A stretch of DNA of 64,000 bases, from positions 41,912,001 through 41,976,000 of the forward strand of contig CM060731.1 in the NCBI GenBank assembly GCA_030704615.1, read 5' to 3'. Shown piece after piece: positions 20,930 to 33,660 of this stretch (positions are counted from its first letter, which is position 1; every line of letters starts with the position of its first letter). Below the pieces are notes generated by a model. The model was given only the letters and a program-made list of their open reading frames with translations. It made no database searches and was not told where the DNA came from. Origin of the DNA: Takakia lepidozioides (taxonomy: Eukaryota; Plantae; Bryophyta). The translations under genes and the position numbers were made by a program.

Positions 20930-22622
20930 ATGTTTTTGAACAAATACACTGTCAGACAAGAGTTTAGTGTTGAAAAACTCTTTTGTTACAACAAAGCAAT
21001 TCAAATCCCTTAGTTGATATATCTCAATATTGGTTCAACAACATGCAAGTTTTTGAACAAGAACAATGTCAGACATGAGTTTCTTGTTGAGAAACTCTTT
21101 TGTTACAGAAAAGCAGTTCAATTTTCTCGATGCATATCCCTCCATATTGTCGCATGCTGGTTTCTGAACAAATACACTGTCAGACAAGAATTTCAAGTTG
21201 AAATACTCTTTTGTTACGGCCAAACAGTTCAAATCTCTCAGTTCACATCCCTTAAAAAAAACTCTTATACAAGAGCTTTGAAGAAATGATGTAGATTTTT
21301 GAACAAAACCCCTGTCAGACAAGAGTTTCGTGTTGAGAAACTATTGTGCTACAACAAATGAGTTCAAATCCCTTAGTTCATATCCTTCCATATTGTTTCA
21401 AAAGCATGGAGGTTTTTGAACAAAATCACTGTTACCCTAGAGTTTCGTGTTGAGAAACTCTTTTGTCACGACAAAGAGTTCAAATCCCTCAAGTCATATC
21501 CCTCCATATTTGTTCAAAATGATGCAGTTTTTTTGAACATAATCACTGTCAGAGAACAGTTTCGTGTTGAGAAACTTTTTTGTTATGGCCGAAACAATTC
21601 AAATCCCTCAATCCATATTCTTCCATATTAGTTCAAAAGCATGCAGGTTTTTGAATAAAAACATTGTCAGAGAAGAGTTTCGTGTTGAGAAACTCGTTAT
21701 GGCGAAACAATTCAAATTTCTCAGTCCATGTCCCTCCATATTGGTTCAAAACATGCAGGTTCTTTATTAAAACACTGTCAGAGAAAAGTTTCGTGTTGAG
21801 AAACTCTTTTGTTATGCCGAAGCAATTCAAATCTCTCAGTCCATGTCCCCCCCATATTGGTTCCAAAACCTGCAGGTTTTTGAACAAAAACACTGTCAGA
21901 GAAGAGTTTCGTGTTGAGAAACTCTTTTGTTTTGGCGAAGCAATTCAAATCCATCAGTTCATGTCCTTCCATATTGGTTCCAAAACATGCAGGTTTTTGA
22001 AGAAAAACACTGTCAGAGAAGAGTTTCGTGATGAAAAACTCTTTTGTTAGGGCGAAACAATTCAAATCTCTCAGTCCATGTCCCCCCATATTGGTTAAAA
22101 ACACATGCAGGTTTTTGAAGAAAAACACTGTCAGAGAAGAGTTTCGTGTTGAGAAACTCTTTTGTTATGGCGAAGCAATTCAAAATCTCTCAGTCCATGT
22201 CCTTCCATATTGGTTCAAAACATGCAGGTTTTTGGAAACAAAAACACTGTCGGATAAGAGTTTCGTGTTGAGAAACTATTTTGTTGTGGCGAAGCAATTC
22301 AAATCCCTCAGTCCATGTCCCTCCATATTGGTTCAAAAGCATGCAGGTTTTTAAAAACAAAAACATTATCAGAGAATAGTTTCCTATTGAGAAACTCTTT
22401 TGTTATGGCGAAGCAATTCATATCCCTCAGTTGATATCCCTCCATATTGGTTCAAAAGCATGCAGTCTTTTGTACATGCTTTTGAACTAAAACAATGTGA
22501 GACGAGAGTTTCGTGTTGAGAAACTCTTTTGTCAAGGGGAAATAGTTCAAATCCCTTAGTTAGTATCCCTCTTTATTATTGCAAATACATGCAGATTGAC
22601 AGACAAAAGTTTCGTGTTGAGA
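20930..22622. repeat. Tandem array of ~15 units of ~117 bp, each with a hairpin
   Basis: Unit AAACACTGTCAGAGAAGAGTTTCGTGTTGAGAAACTCTTTTGTTATGGCGAAGCAATTCAAAT...CATATTGGTTCAAAACATGCAGGTTTTTG, recurring at ~20951, 21068, 21179, 21314, 21431, 21548, 21666, 21777, 21895, 22012, 22130, 22249, 22368, 22497 and 22598 (partial). Confidence 0.95.
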
Positions 22623-23381
22623 TTTTTTTTTTAATCTTTGAATTCATTACTAAAAAATGTCGACATTGATGTTATTAAAGCGAAACAATCTCAGACCTTC
22701 TCAGATTCTGTACTAAAATTCACGGCACAAGGAAGAATATCCTGGTTTTATTGATTATCTAAATGACAGATGTATATGTTAACTCCATTCCTAAAAGAAA
22801 TTTCAGTAAGCGAAAGTATCCCCATTTGTTATTCTGTCTATATTGTCCTGTTAATCATTTCAATCAATATCTTTATATTTTCTGCTTACTGTGTGTTTGG
22901 AGTTATTTTTGGACGAGGGAACAAATACATTTTTTGAGTTCTATTTAGCATCACATTTCAATAGCATTAGAATTGTATTTTGTATCAACTGCAACTATTT
23001 TGTTTTTGTTGCATGAAATTGTTGCGATATTTTTTCTTTTAAGGTTCTTTTCCTCAACGCGAAACCCACCGGTGCTTAGGTTTGTGCCCATATCACCAAG
23101 TATTTCTCAATGCGAAACTCACCGCCACCGCTATATGTTTAGGGTTTCTGGCTACACTACTGAAGGTTTCGCCTCACTAGATTGGTGCTGATGTACCGTA
23201 TAAATGCACCAGTCCTTTATATCCGCTTATGGTTTTATTCCATTCTGAAAACATATAACTCCTATGACCGAGGTTAAAAAATCATAAAACTCCCATGACC
23301 GTAGGTTGTGCTCACGCGGTGCTCACGCGATACCAACCCCCTACGCCTCCATGGCGCGGTTATTGTGAAAGAGGTTATTTT

Positions 23382-24197
23382 CAGTGTCGGCCGGGTACCA
23401 TGTTCCGGTCCCGGTTATGGCCTACTCTTTTGAAAAAAATGGATGACCAGGGCAGGGTATACCAATAGGTTTGAAAAATATCTTGGTTACAGGTTCTCAT
23501 TAAACACTTGAAATTGTTTTTGTCCGGTTCTCAATCTACCGGTTATGCCATCTTAAAAAATGTCGGTTCCATGGTACCGGTTATGGGATTCATCCACTTT
23601 TATTTTTATTATTTTTTTCTAGCATTTTTGTGTATGTGCGTAAAACTGCACAAGAGGGCTGTGGCCTGGTGGTAAACCAGTGTGGCCTATGGGTCTGGGT
23701 TTGGGTGTGGGTGTGGGTATTTCAACCCCTGTCATCTATTTCTTTGCCTTGAGGCTGGGCTGTGCCCCTGTAATATGCAACTTATAACTATTGTTTTAGC
23801 CAAATGCCCAACTAATTAATTTCCTATCTACTTAGGCATTCCCAATGTTGTGCACCTAATCTCCCCAACCATTGTAAACGTATTGTTACTAGTAAGACAT
23901 ACATTCCAGTGAGGATCTCTCCATTTGTCATGTTCTTAACTACCACCACCAACCCCTACACCGTATTATCTAGAACCGCCCCTACGCCATCCACATTTGC
24001 TCCGAATCTTGCTCCGGGTATAACACGCTTACAATCACAATGCCGGTTCTCTAGCCGGTCAGGAAGCTCGATGGCTTTTGCCCGGTCCCTTCCATAACCA
24101 GTTTGTACGGGGCTGCACTTTCCGATTGTGCATATTTGCATAACCGGCAAATAACCACCGGATATGCATGTCCACATGCCATACCCGGCCAACACTT
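23382..24197. mobile_element. Non-autonomous hAT-type element (MITE-like)
   Basis: TIR CAGTGTCGGCCGGGTA / TACCCGGCCAACACTT, perfect 8-bp TSD GTTATTTT (23374-23381 / 24198-24205), and many subterminal CCGGTT/AACCGG motifs. Confidence 0.88.
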
Positions 24198-26318
24198 GTT
24201 ATTTTCTTATTTTCTCCTCTTACTACTGAAGGGGCCTGATTTGTGAGTTGTCACTCCCAGGTGTTTCCATTTATTTTTTTTAAAAATTAATTTTTTTTTG
24301 GGGGACCTTATCTGGCGCAATGTCAGGCCATCAGCGGGCAGGGACTTTACCGCGTAAGATCCTTAGGGCGGGGGATCTTAGGCCTAAGGTCCTATGGGAT
24401 CTTAAGCCCTTCATCTTTTTTTTTCTTTTCTAATTTCCTTTCTTTATTTCGGTTCTAAGAATCTCAGCTCTTCAAGAGATCTCAGCCATCCACCTGGGGA
24501 AAGAAATCCATGTCTTTACATAGACCTGGGACCCACCTTTGGGGGGCTACGCCCTCGGACTACCTACTCCCCTCACACCGCGGTACGCCCTCCGAGTGGG
24601 TGACTTCCCCCATACATAATTACTTAGGTTAAAACGAGAGATTGATAATTGATCAGGGTAAGTGTGATGATTAGTTATAAAATGAAAAATGAAAAAAGAT
24701 GATTAGTGAAAAGAAAATAAATTAGAAATTAGTTGATGATCATCCCTTTTTTTAAAAAAGAAAAAAAGAAAAGAAAAGAAAAGAAAGGAAATTAGTGAGT
24801 GAAGGGTCGGATGGATGAAGGAGGGATGAGTGTGGCGGAATTGGAGGGCAGAGTTGATTCCTTGGAATTGATGGCAGTGACTTGTGCGCATGTTGCCAAA
24901 CGCAACTGTTGAATCTCTGCTGCTCTTCTCTCGCTCCCTGCTCTGCTCTGCCCTACACGGGGACTGTGTGTGTCTGAGTGCGCGACAAAAGCTTCACTGT
25001 GTCTCCTAGTTGCATTCCGTTGAGTCCCATTCCCCGCGGCTTCTTACACTTGAGAAAAAAGCAAGGAAGTATCTCATTTGGTGTGAAGGCGAGAGAAGCA
25101 AAAGGGGATGTCGTATGCCTGTGTCGTGTGTGTGTAGGAGATTTCCTTGGAAGCTACCTCGAAACTTCTTTCGGATCCAGGAAGACATTCTTTTTTCGTT
25201 TCTCAGTCGGTTTCAGACGCAAATCTCGTAAACAAGGAAGAATCGCCTTTTATTTGAAGGCGAGGGAGCACAGGGGACGCCATATGCCTATGCGGTGTGC
25301 AGGATTTTGCTTCGAAGCTCCATCTGAACCTTATCCGGAATTTGGCAGCCATTATTTTTTTCTTTCTCAGATGGTTTGGCAGTTTTGTGGATGCCAATGT
25401 AGTAAATTCGATTCGGTTTCATTGGAGTTCTTGTTGTGGCACACCTCGCCTTTACGTGGTGCGGAGAGTGGAATTGCCGCCGAGAATCTCTCGTCTCAAC
25501 TTCTTTTTCCTCGATGTCCTCCTCCAGTATCGATCAGAGCCCTCTTTCCATGATTGAACTCGTAGCATCTGACGGAATCGGCTACCAGTTCCATAGCGCT
25601 GGTGGCGCGCGCTTGCAGCCGTAATTTGATCGAACGTGCGAATCTGATGTAGATACTGGCCGGTGTGTATCCCGCTGTCATCTTAAGCTTCTTCACTGCT
25701 GTCGCCTCTGTAATGTAGACAGCTATGGCTTGGTACTGTTCCTAGTTCTCCCGTTTCATGTCAGAAAAAAGCTTAGGTGTGCAAAGCTGAATGTAAGATG
25801 AAATTGTTTCAGAACATCAAGTACAGCTTTTTGGTTGTCGAAGAGCTCACGGTTATCTCCGTATATTGGCTTAGAGATGATCGGAGTCCGGTGACTTGAA
25901 TGATTGTATCCAAAATATTTATCCGTCCAGGTAGCGTGGGGTCTACTGTCTTGGGCCTAAAGAATCCTGATGTTTCATGTCTCCATCGGCAAGCACTAAG
26001 GGAGTAGGGGTCTGCTTTAAATTTTTGCGATCCTTTTTCATACCCCATTTGCTTACATTGTAGTGTCTCTTTCCAAATTGACAGGGCTTTTTGGTTAGTG
26101 CAACAAATCCCGGCCTTCTTCTAGACTTCCTGGATTCGGTCTCAACAGAAACGGGAGAAATTGGCAGTGTGGAGACTGAATGCCAGCACCAGGGCATGCC
26201 CATTTGGAAGTCGGCAGGGCAGTGGCAGTGGAGTGGTCGGAGGAGCAGTGGATGCAGAAAAGGGTAACTGTAAGGCCACGCAGGATCAATAGGAAATACG
26301 TGCGGTGGCCCGTGTGGA

Positions 26319-29300
26319 ATGCACGCTGCAGACTCGCCAGAGGAAGCAGGAGGTGCAGGCAGTAAAAAAGCAAAGCGAACCAGCTCTCTTCTTGCTCCCC
26401 CTCTCTCCACAATGCCCTCTACTGACAGCCAGGGCAATGGAGATGAATACACATTGTTTCCCGTGGAAGACATTGTCCAGTACCCCCTCCCGGGTTACGT
26501 GGCACCTGCATCTGTCTCCTTCAGTCCTGACGATAAATTTGTTTCTTACTTGTATAGCCCGGATAGCACACTCAGCAGAAAGATTTATGCATTTGATCCT
26601 GTTACCCGGCAGCAGCGATTGCTGGTGACTCCCCCGGGTGGCGGTGTGGATGAGGGCAATCTTTCGACAGCAGAGAAGCTGAGAAGAGAGAGATTGCGCG
26701 AGAGGGGTTTGGGAGTGACACGCTACGAATGGGCCAAGGGATCTGTTGGCCCTCGCTTGATGGTTCCTCTTCCTGGCGGGGTATGTCTATATTGCAACTC
26801 TCCCAATACATACATCACCTTGCACGACTGATCCTGGCTGGAAAGAAGAGTCATCTTGTTTGAAAGGACTAACATTTCAGCTTGGATCATAGCACATTCA
26901 TTTAAGGTCTGTGTACATAGTTGCGGGTGACAACCTCAGTACTAGTACCCACAGGACCTTGGAGGCGGCACATCCATCTTGTAGGCCACCTACAGAACTA
27001 GGTTGTATGAAAATCGGTGTTTGTCAGTCTTTGTTCAAAATTTTGTACTCAAAGTCATCATTTGTATTCCGGTGATGACTCTTAAGGATAGGAGCTGTCC
27101 CGTGCCCTTCTCACATTCTCTCTCTGAATTGGTCTGACTGGGATTTGCAAGAATGGGAAGTACCAGCAGTGATACATATTTTGGGTGTTGCATTTTTTGC
27201 CCTGCAGTTCTGAATTACCAGTGGCCACTTGCGATATGTGTAACACCAGTTGACAGGGATTTGGTGGATATGTGTTCTGAAAACTTCTACTTCACAGTTT
27301 ATAATTAATAAATTGCGCTCTATTTGGTCCTTGGGCATGTCCAAAGGAGATAAGAGCTGTCCATGTGACTGGGCTTGCAGGGAGTCCCAGTCACAAGGAC
27401 TGCTGATGGTGGTACTCTTTGCCTGATTTCCATGTGGTCAGGCACGGGAGTGAGGCTGTAGGTGAGCCACATCACTTCAATCGCAAGATTTTGGTTTGGA
27501 AGCAGAATCAGATCTTGGCATTCATCCGACTGTAGTTTCCTTGCTTTAGGAATGATGTCACAGGTCCTGGTACTAGTATGTGCGGATGTGATTGGCCCTC
27601 CCAGATGACCGCAACGAAGAAAATTGAATGACGACTAGCCACCAAACCTTTGCTTCAAGTGCAGAGAAACCTTGCCAAATACCTGTGTGAGGTTTAAGGA
27701 TTGTCGCATCCTGAAGAAAAACTAGCATCTGTTGTTCATGTATGACGCCTTAGCAAAATCTTCAAACTGAACATCAGAGGACTTGCTGCCATAGAGCTCT
27801 CCTGACAATTTTTGCAAGATCCATTGGCCCTACAAGTGGGAAATATTTTAAATCGCCGTCAGTCATTGAGAGTGTGCCCTTGTGAAGTTAAGACCTTACT
27901 GCTTGTGTGGCTGATGGTTCTTGGAATAACTGCCAGGAGAGCTCTATTGCAGGGACTCCCCTGATGTATTTCCGCAATTTAAGTCCAGTTGGAAGTTTTC
28001 CTACAGACATTGCTAAGCTTTGTGAATATGTGTGGATTGTGGACACATCCTCTACTGAAGGGAGTAGGTTGTTCTGTGAGCAGATTTTTGTACAGGACGG
28101 GCCAGGGGCAGAGCTGCGCCTCAGAGTAGCAAGCACGTCGTGGTCCCCCATTCTTGATCCTCAACTGTCGCCCGACGGATGCTCAATTGCATATGTGCGT
28201 GATGATGAGCTCTATGTTGTCCCTATCACCTGTGGGGAGGCCAAGCAAATTACATTTGGTGCACGAGGGACTGGCAAGGTAGATCCTTTACTTCTTCCGC
28301 CTCTTCGTTGCACCCTCTTCATAGCCCCTTTTGCCCTCTCACTTCCAGCAGTTCTTGAGTGGTGGTGATTCCTCATGTTCATCACTCTATTACTTATGGG
28401 GAAGGAGGAGTTCTTGCATGTGCAAGCAGATGTGGAGCTATGACTAGGACACTTCTGGGTGCAACATACTAATCAGGGCTAAGGCTAAACTTAAGGGCCT
28501 GTTCGTGCCTTTTGCCTGAACTGTAGAACTCCCAGGGACCAGCGGTCAGTGCACTTTGTAACCCCCTGTAGTGCCACAGTGGAAGAAGGCTAGCAACCGC
28601 TGACTAGAGCTTCAAACCGTACCTGTAGAGACTATAGAAGGGAGAATAGGGGGTGCATGATACCTGGCTTGGTTCATCTTTACCGGAATACGGCAAGGTT
28701 TTGTGCAAAACAACTAGACAATTGGCCTGCAAGGCATGATCGCTCCATCCGTCAGGTTCACATTGTGATTGTTGATCACCGGAAATGTTTGTAGGCTAAC
28801 AGTGAGCCAGGGAGGCTGTTTATTTGTACCTACGAAAACCTTTGTGCATCATTTCTGAACAAACCTCTTGTCTGCTGGGCATGGTGCAGACCCATGGGCT
28901 TGCTGAATACATTGCACAGGTACTACTTCTTCGTCCCACCATTCGTTTCTAGGGTTGCTGGATATTTTAGTTTAATTGCTGCTCCCCCCCAACTATGACG
29001 ACCATTTATGCAATCTTTCATGTTCACTTGCATTGAAGTGAGTAGGGAGAATTTTTTGCCTTGAGTGTGCTCAGGAGACTTGTGAATGCTGCAAAATTAG
29101 GGAAACGTTTAATGGTTTGAAGGAGATGAGATGAGGGGACAAATGTTTCAGCACCACTAGCTGATTAGTCAGAAAATCAGAGCCTCCGCCACATCTAATC
29201 AAATAGCCTTTTTACGTTGGTAACCTAAGGACCACTTAGTTTCATTTGAGTCTTATCTCAAGAAGCTACAGTGTGGAGCAGGAAGAGATGGAGAGACGAA

Positions 29301-31315
29301 ACGGGTTCTGGTGGTCACCAGATAGCCGACTAATAGCGTTTGCAGAAGTGGATGCAACTGGGATCCCAGCATTTCGGATAATGCACCAGGGTAAGTCAAC
29401 AGTGAGAGGTGACGCAGAGGAAGATCATGCCTACCCCTTTGCTGGAAACGCAAATGTCAAGGTGCGAGTGGGCATAGTTCCAGCTGCTGGGGGGGCTACC
29501 ACATGGATGGATCTCCAAGTTGGGGTATGGGGGAAGGAGCATGAAGACGAAGAGTACTTGGCACGTGTAACATGGCTGCCCGACAACTCTCTGACTGCCC
29601 AGGTCCAGAACCGGGCACAGACGAAACTGAAGCTCTTGAAGTTTGATCCACTCACAGGAAAGAGAGTTCTGCTGTTGACTGAGGAAAGTGATGTATGGGT
29701 GAATTTGCATGACTGTTTCACACCCCTGCATAGGGGGCTGGGCCGCGTTCAAGGGGGTTTCATATGGGCAAGTGAGCGAACGGGTTTTCGCCACCTATAT
29801 CTTTATGATGGAAGTGGGAATCTCCTTGGGGCTCTCACCCAGGGTAGCTGGGTTGTAGAGCAGGTAGCAGGGGTAGATGAAAATGCTGGCATTGTCTATT
29901 TCACAGCAACATTGGACAGCCCACTGGAGACTCATCTCTATAGCACCAGCTTGTTTCCTGATTTCAACTACTTATTGGCAAAGCCCAAGAGATTGACACA
30001 AGGGGAGGGCCGCCACATTGTGGTTCTAGATCACCAAATGAAAAGATTTGTGGACATGCATGACTCTCTAGACACCCCACCCAGAGTATTGCTATGCGCT
30101 CTAGAAAGTGGGAGACTGCTGGTCTCGATCTATGAGCAACCGGCACCCACACCACGTGCACGGAAGTTGCAACTTGCATCTCCAGAACTCGTGAAAATAT
30201 CTGCAAAAGATGGAACCCTGCTGCATGGGGCTGTATATAAGCCAGATGCCAAGCAGTTTGGCCTACCACCCTACAGGGCCGTAGTGAGTGTGTACGGAGG
30301 CCCCAATGTGCAAACAGTGTGCAACTCATGGGTGAACACAGTCGACATGCGTGCTCAATACCTCAGGAGCCGTGGCATCCTTGTATGGAAGGTCAGTTCT
30401 CTTTGTCAATCTAAAACCAGAAGTAGAGACACAGAGCTAGTGATTAGGGAGTTACTCAATACAATCAGGTCTGTGGATTTTCTTATAAATGTAAATGGTC
30501 GAATCAGCACCTCAATCTGGTTCTTACATGCAAGAGAATGTACTCATAAGATGCTGTTTGCCATAGCCTAGTGGCCATTGACCTACGCTCAGTTTGAGCG
30601 GAACACAAAGGGACAGCACCTTTGTCAGGTGCTGACGCCAGTAGTAAGATTTACCTTGGAAATAAAAATTGATCCTGGTTTTCCAGATATCCTCTAGAAA
30701 CCCCTTTACACAAGCATGAACCTGCTCTGTGTGGTTTGCCCAATAACTAGGCCCCAAAAAGGGCCTGGGCTTTTGGCTCAGCCTTGAGACTTCCACAGTT
30801 GGTAAACAGAGGTACAAGCACAATTCCCTTCATAGATTTGAACAGAGCGTCTCTCCAGTGAGAGAGCTCGGACAATAAATCAGAAAATGAATATTGTCTT
30901 CAGGTTGCCCACACAACGGGCAATTTACTCTCCCTTTCCTCTCTGCTTCTGTTTGCTGTTCTAAGGTAGGCTTCCCGCCCTGAGTTAAATTTCAGTCTAG
31001 TGCTGAGAGTGGATAGACCCTTGAGGTCATCTATGATGTCCTCCCCCATGTCCCAGACTGGAAACAAAGTTCAGGGACGTTTTCTGCCTAACTTCATTTT
31101 CATCAGACATTTTCCTGGCAACAGTCATGGCTTTCGACACTACAGCCTCTATGTCAGATTTATCCAGCAGGGTCAAGACTTGTGGGCTAAAATTCAGATC
31201 TTTGAGAATCTCTTCTACTCTCTTCCGCCAGGGCTTAGCCTGTTTGACAGGGCGATCCTGTTTCCAAGATATAGAGTCGATTAACGTAGGAGATCTGATG
31301 TTGGACATATGCATG

Positions 31316-31353
<38 letters not shown>

Positions 31354-32118
31354 TGTCTTTCCTCGGGACAGTTGTGAATTTCCACAATGATCACTACCAA
31401 GGATTTTCTCAAGGTGAATGCAATCTAATAAAATTGGGATCCTCCTGCCAGCCATTAATTCAGCTTTGTCCTCAGTGTTAGGTGTTTCACTACCAAGGCA
31501 TGCTGCCTTTGAGTTGAGGAATAATGAGCTTTGCATATATGGTTGCCTGTGTATTGTGATGAGCAGCTTGACAACAGAGGGAGTGCACGGAGAGGCCTCA
31601 AGTTTGAGGGAGCTATCAAGCATAATATGGGCAAGGTGGATATCGAGGACCAAGAGACTGGCGTGCAATGGTTGGTGAGGCAGGGCCTAACTCTTCCAAA
31701 TCACGTAGGCATCTATGGCTGGAGCTATGGTGGTTATATGGCCGCTATGGCACTCGCTCGCTGCCCAGAGACTTTCCGGTGTGCAGTTGCTGGTGCACCA
31801 GTGACTGCGTGGGATGGCTATGACACCTACTACACTGAGAAATACATGGGAACTCCAATCAGCAATCCAGGGGGATTCGAGTTCAGCTCTGTGATGCACC
31901 ACGTACATCAAATTGCTGGGAAGCTTCTACTGGTGCATGGTATGATTGATGAGAATGTACACTTCCGGCACACAGCTCGCCTAATCAATGCACTTACTGC
32001 AAGTGCTAAGGAGTATGAGTTGCTAGTGTTTCCAGATGAGAGACACATGCCACGAGGGCTCCGGGATAGAATGTATATGGAGGAGCGGATATGTGATTTT
32101 CTAGATAGAAACTTATGA
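26319..32118 (+). CDS. Dipeptidyl peptidase IV family (S9B, DPP8/9-like) prolyl peptidase, ~782 aa; exons 26319-26780, 28084-28278, 28890-28919, 29282-30391, 31567-32118
   Basis: GT-AG phase-0 introns give a continuous ORF: [23 protein letters not shown]|EEMER, WWSPD, catalytic GWSYGG, DENVH and PDERH. Confidence 0.93.
31318..31351. repeat. (GA)n microsatellite in intron 4
   Basis: About 16 GA units. Confidence 0.95.
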
Positions 32119-32562
32119 GTGCATAGTCTTCCCATTTGATCCTTCTTATTCAAGCAATAATCATTTGTTATCAGCAAGGATGCCAAATAACTCCATTGTC
32201 AGATTCATCTGTCTGCTTCAGATGCTGTTCTGGGCAAGTACTTGGATTTTGAACCTCAAAGCTCTCAGAGCATCATATAATAAACATTTTGGTCTTGTGA
32301 GTCATCTGAGCTTGGTCCTCACCAACACCTGTCTCTTGCTCTACCGCATGGCAGAGCTTCATCTGGAAGAGAACAGCCGCAACGCCAGTGCACTATGGAA
32401 AGATGCATACTTGCTTTTTGAGGGAGATCATTTCGCAGATACTTTCAGCACTGTGCATGCAATCCTTCAGCAGCAGCAGAGGTCCTTCATCAACTTCATT
32501 CTCCTGATCCCTAGAACAAAGCTAAATGCTTTGCAGTTTTGCCTTCAGTGAAATTAAAAAGG

Positions 32563-32635
32563 CACTCCTGGTGGGACTCGAACCCACAATCCCCTGATTA
32601 GAAGTCAGATGCCTTATTCATTAGGCCACAGGAGC
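32563..32635 (-). tRNA. trnR-UCU: tRNA-Arg(TCT)
   Basis: GCTCCTGTGGCCTAATGAATAAGGCATCTGACTTCTAATCAGGGGATTGTGGGTTCGAGTCCCACCAGGAGTG folds as a cloverleaf with anticodon TCT. A downstream TTTTT Pol III terminator is present. The D-loop GG is GA. Confidence 0.88.
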
Positions 32636-32823
32636 TGCCACTGCATAACTGCCGTTAAATTATTTATCTATCTTAAAATACCTAGGGCTACAGAGCTACT
32701 TCTAGAGCTTTCCAGAAGCAGCTCATAGTCTGGTGGAGTACTACTCGTCGAGGTATAAGGACTCAGCATCTAAGCAAGGGTATGGAAAGCATTTTACAGT
32801 AGAGGTTTAATTCGTTACTTTCA

Positions 32824-33660
32824 ATGGCGCTAGCGGACGTTACATGGGGTGCATTCCTCAGCGAATTGCAATCTGCTGGTATGAGACCTGTATTGGTAGT
32901 GATTTGCAAGTGCAGTGGGATGGCCCAGCAATCAAAATTCCTCCACTCTTCACTCTTGCAAGATATGCGGTTACAAAAATAATTCCTTTCTTTTCATGGT
33001 GAGAATGTAACAGAGAGCTGATAATGAGGTGTGGGTCACAACAGCTGGATGCAGAGAATTACGCATGACCAGGTGCCATCCCCAGGTTGGTGTTTTGTAC
33101 TGGAAGATGCAAGATACCGTCTTGCTCGGTCCTTCGCTGCATTTGCGACTTGTTACAATGACTCAATCACCAATTTTGGCAAGCAGATAGGGGTGGACGG
33201 AAAGGTGATAACTACGTTAAATTTGGTTCCCAGTTTTCACTTCATGAATTTTCAGTATGATGATTCACAGCCAGATGAGTTTGTGCTGAACTTGCGCTGT
33301 GTGTCAGGACTGGGGCTTTTTGGTGTACCACAGGCTTCCATGGAGGGAGCCTGATGTTCCATTTCGGCTCCACGTGCTCTATGAAGATGAACACTTAGTA
33401 AGGGCTGCACCTTTGTGTCCTATTCTACCATCTTTTATTTGTATTTTTGTCTTGTTGGAGGATGCTTGTTTGGTTTTGTCTTATCTGTACATGTAAACCT
33501 GCAGTGTTCGGGAATGCCATTGGCTTTTTCTCTCATTTAGGGAGCACCCTTTCCCACTCTCTGTGTGAGGCAGGTAGCAGTCAACAAATCAGGCCTACAG
33601 GTGCTGCCTAGGGGTCTGTTTCAGCAGAGGATTGTCCTCACTCAGTTACAGTGGCGAACT
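32824..33660 (+). pseudogene. Truncated intron-containing copy of an RluA-family RNA pseudouridine synthase (plant PUS5-like)
   Basis: Exon-like pieces WMQRITHDQ, IGVDGKVIT, LVYHRLPWREPDVPFRLHVLYEDEHL and VAVNK-SGLQVLPRGLFQQRIVLTQLQW (KPSG has lost its P). No HRLD catalytic motif seen. Confidence 0.7.

Noticed and set aside
20930-22622. CRISPR-like array (palindromic repeats at regular spacing)
   Set aside because: The whole 117-bp unit is repeated, with no unique spacers and no cas genes, in a eukaryotic context. The short ORFs over it are repeat artefacts.
24978-25553. 191-aa ORF upstream of the peptidase
   Set aside because: GTG start, no recognisable motifs, and it lies in the probable 5' UTR/intron region.
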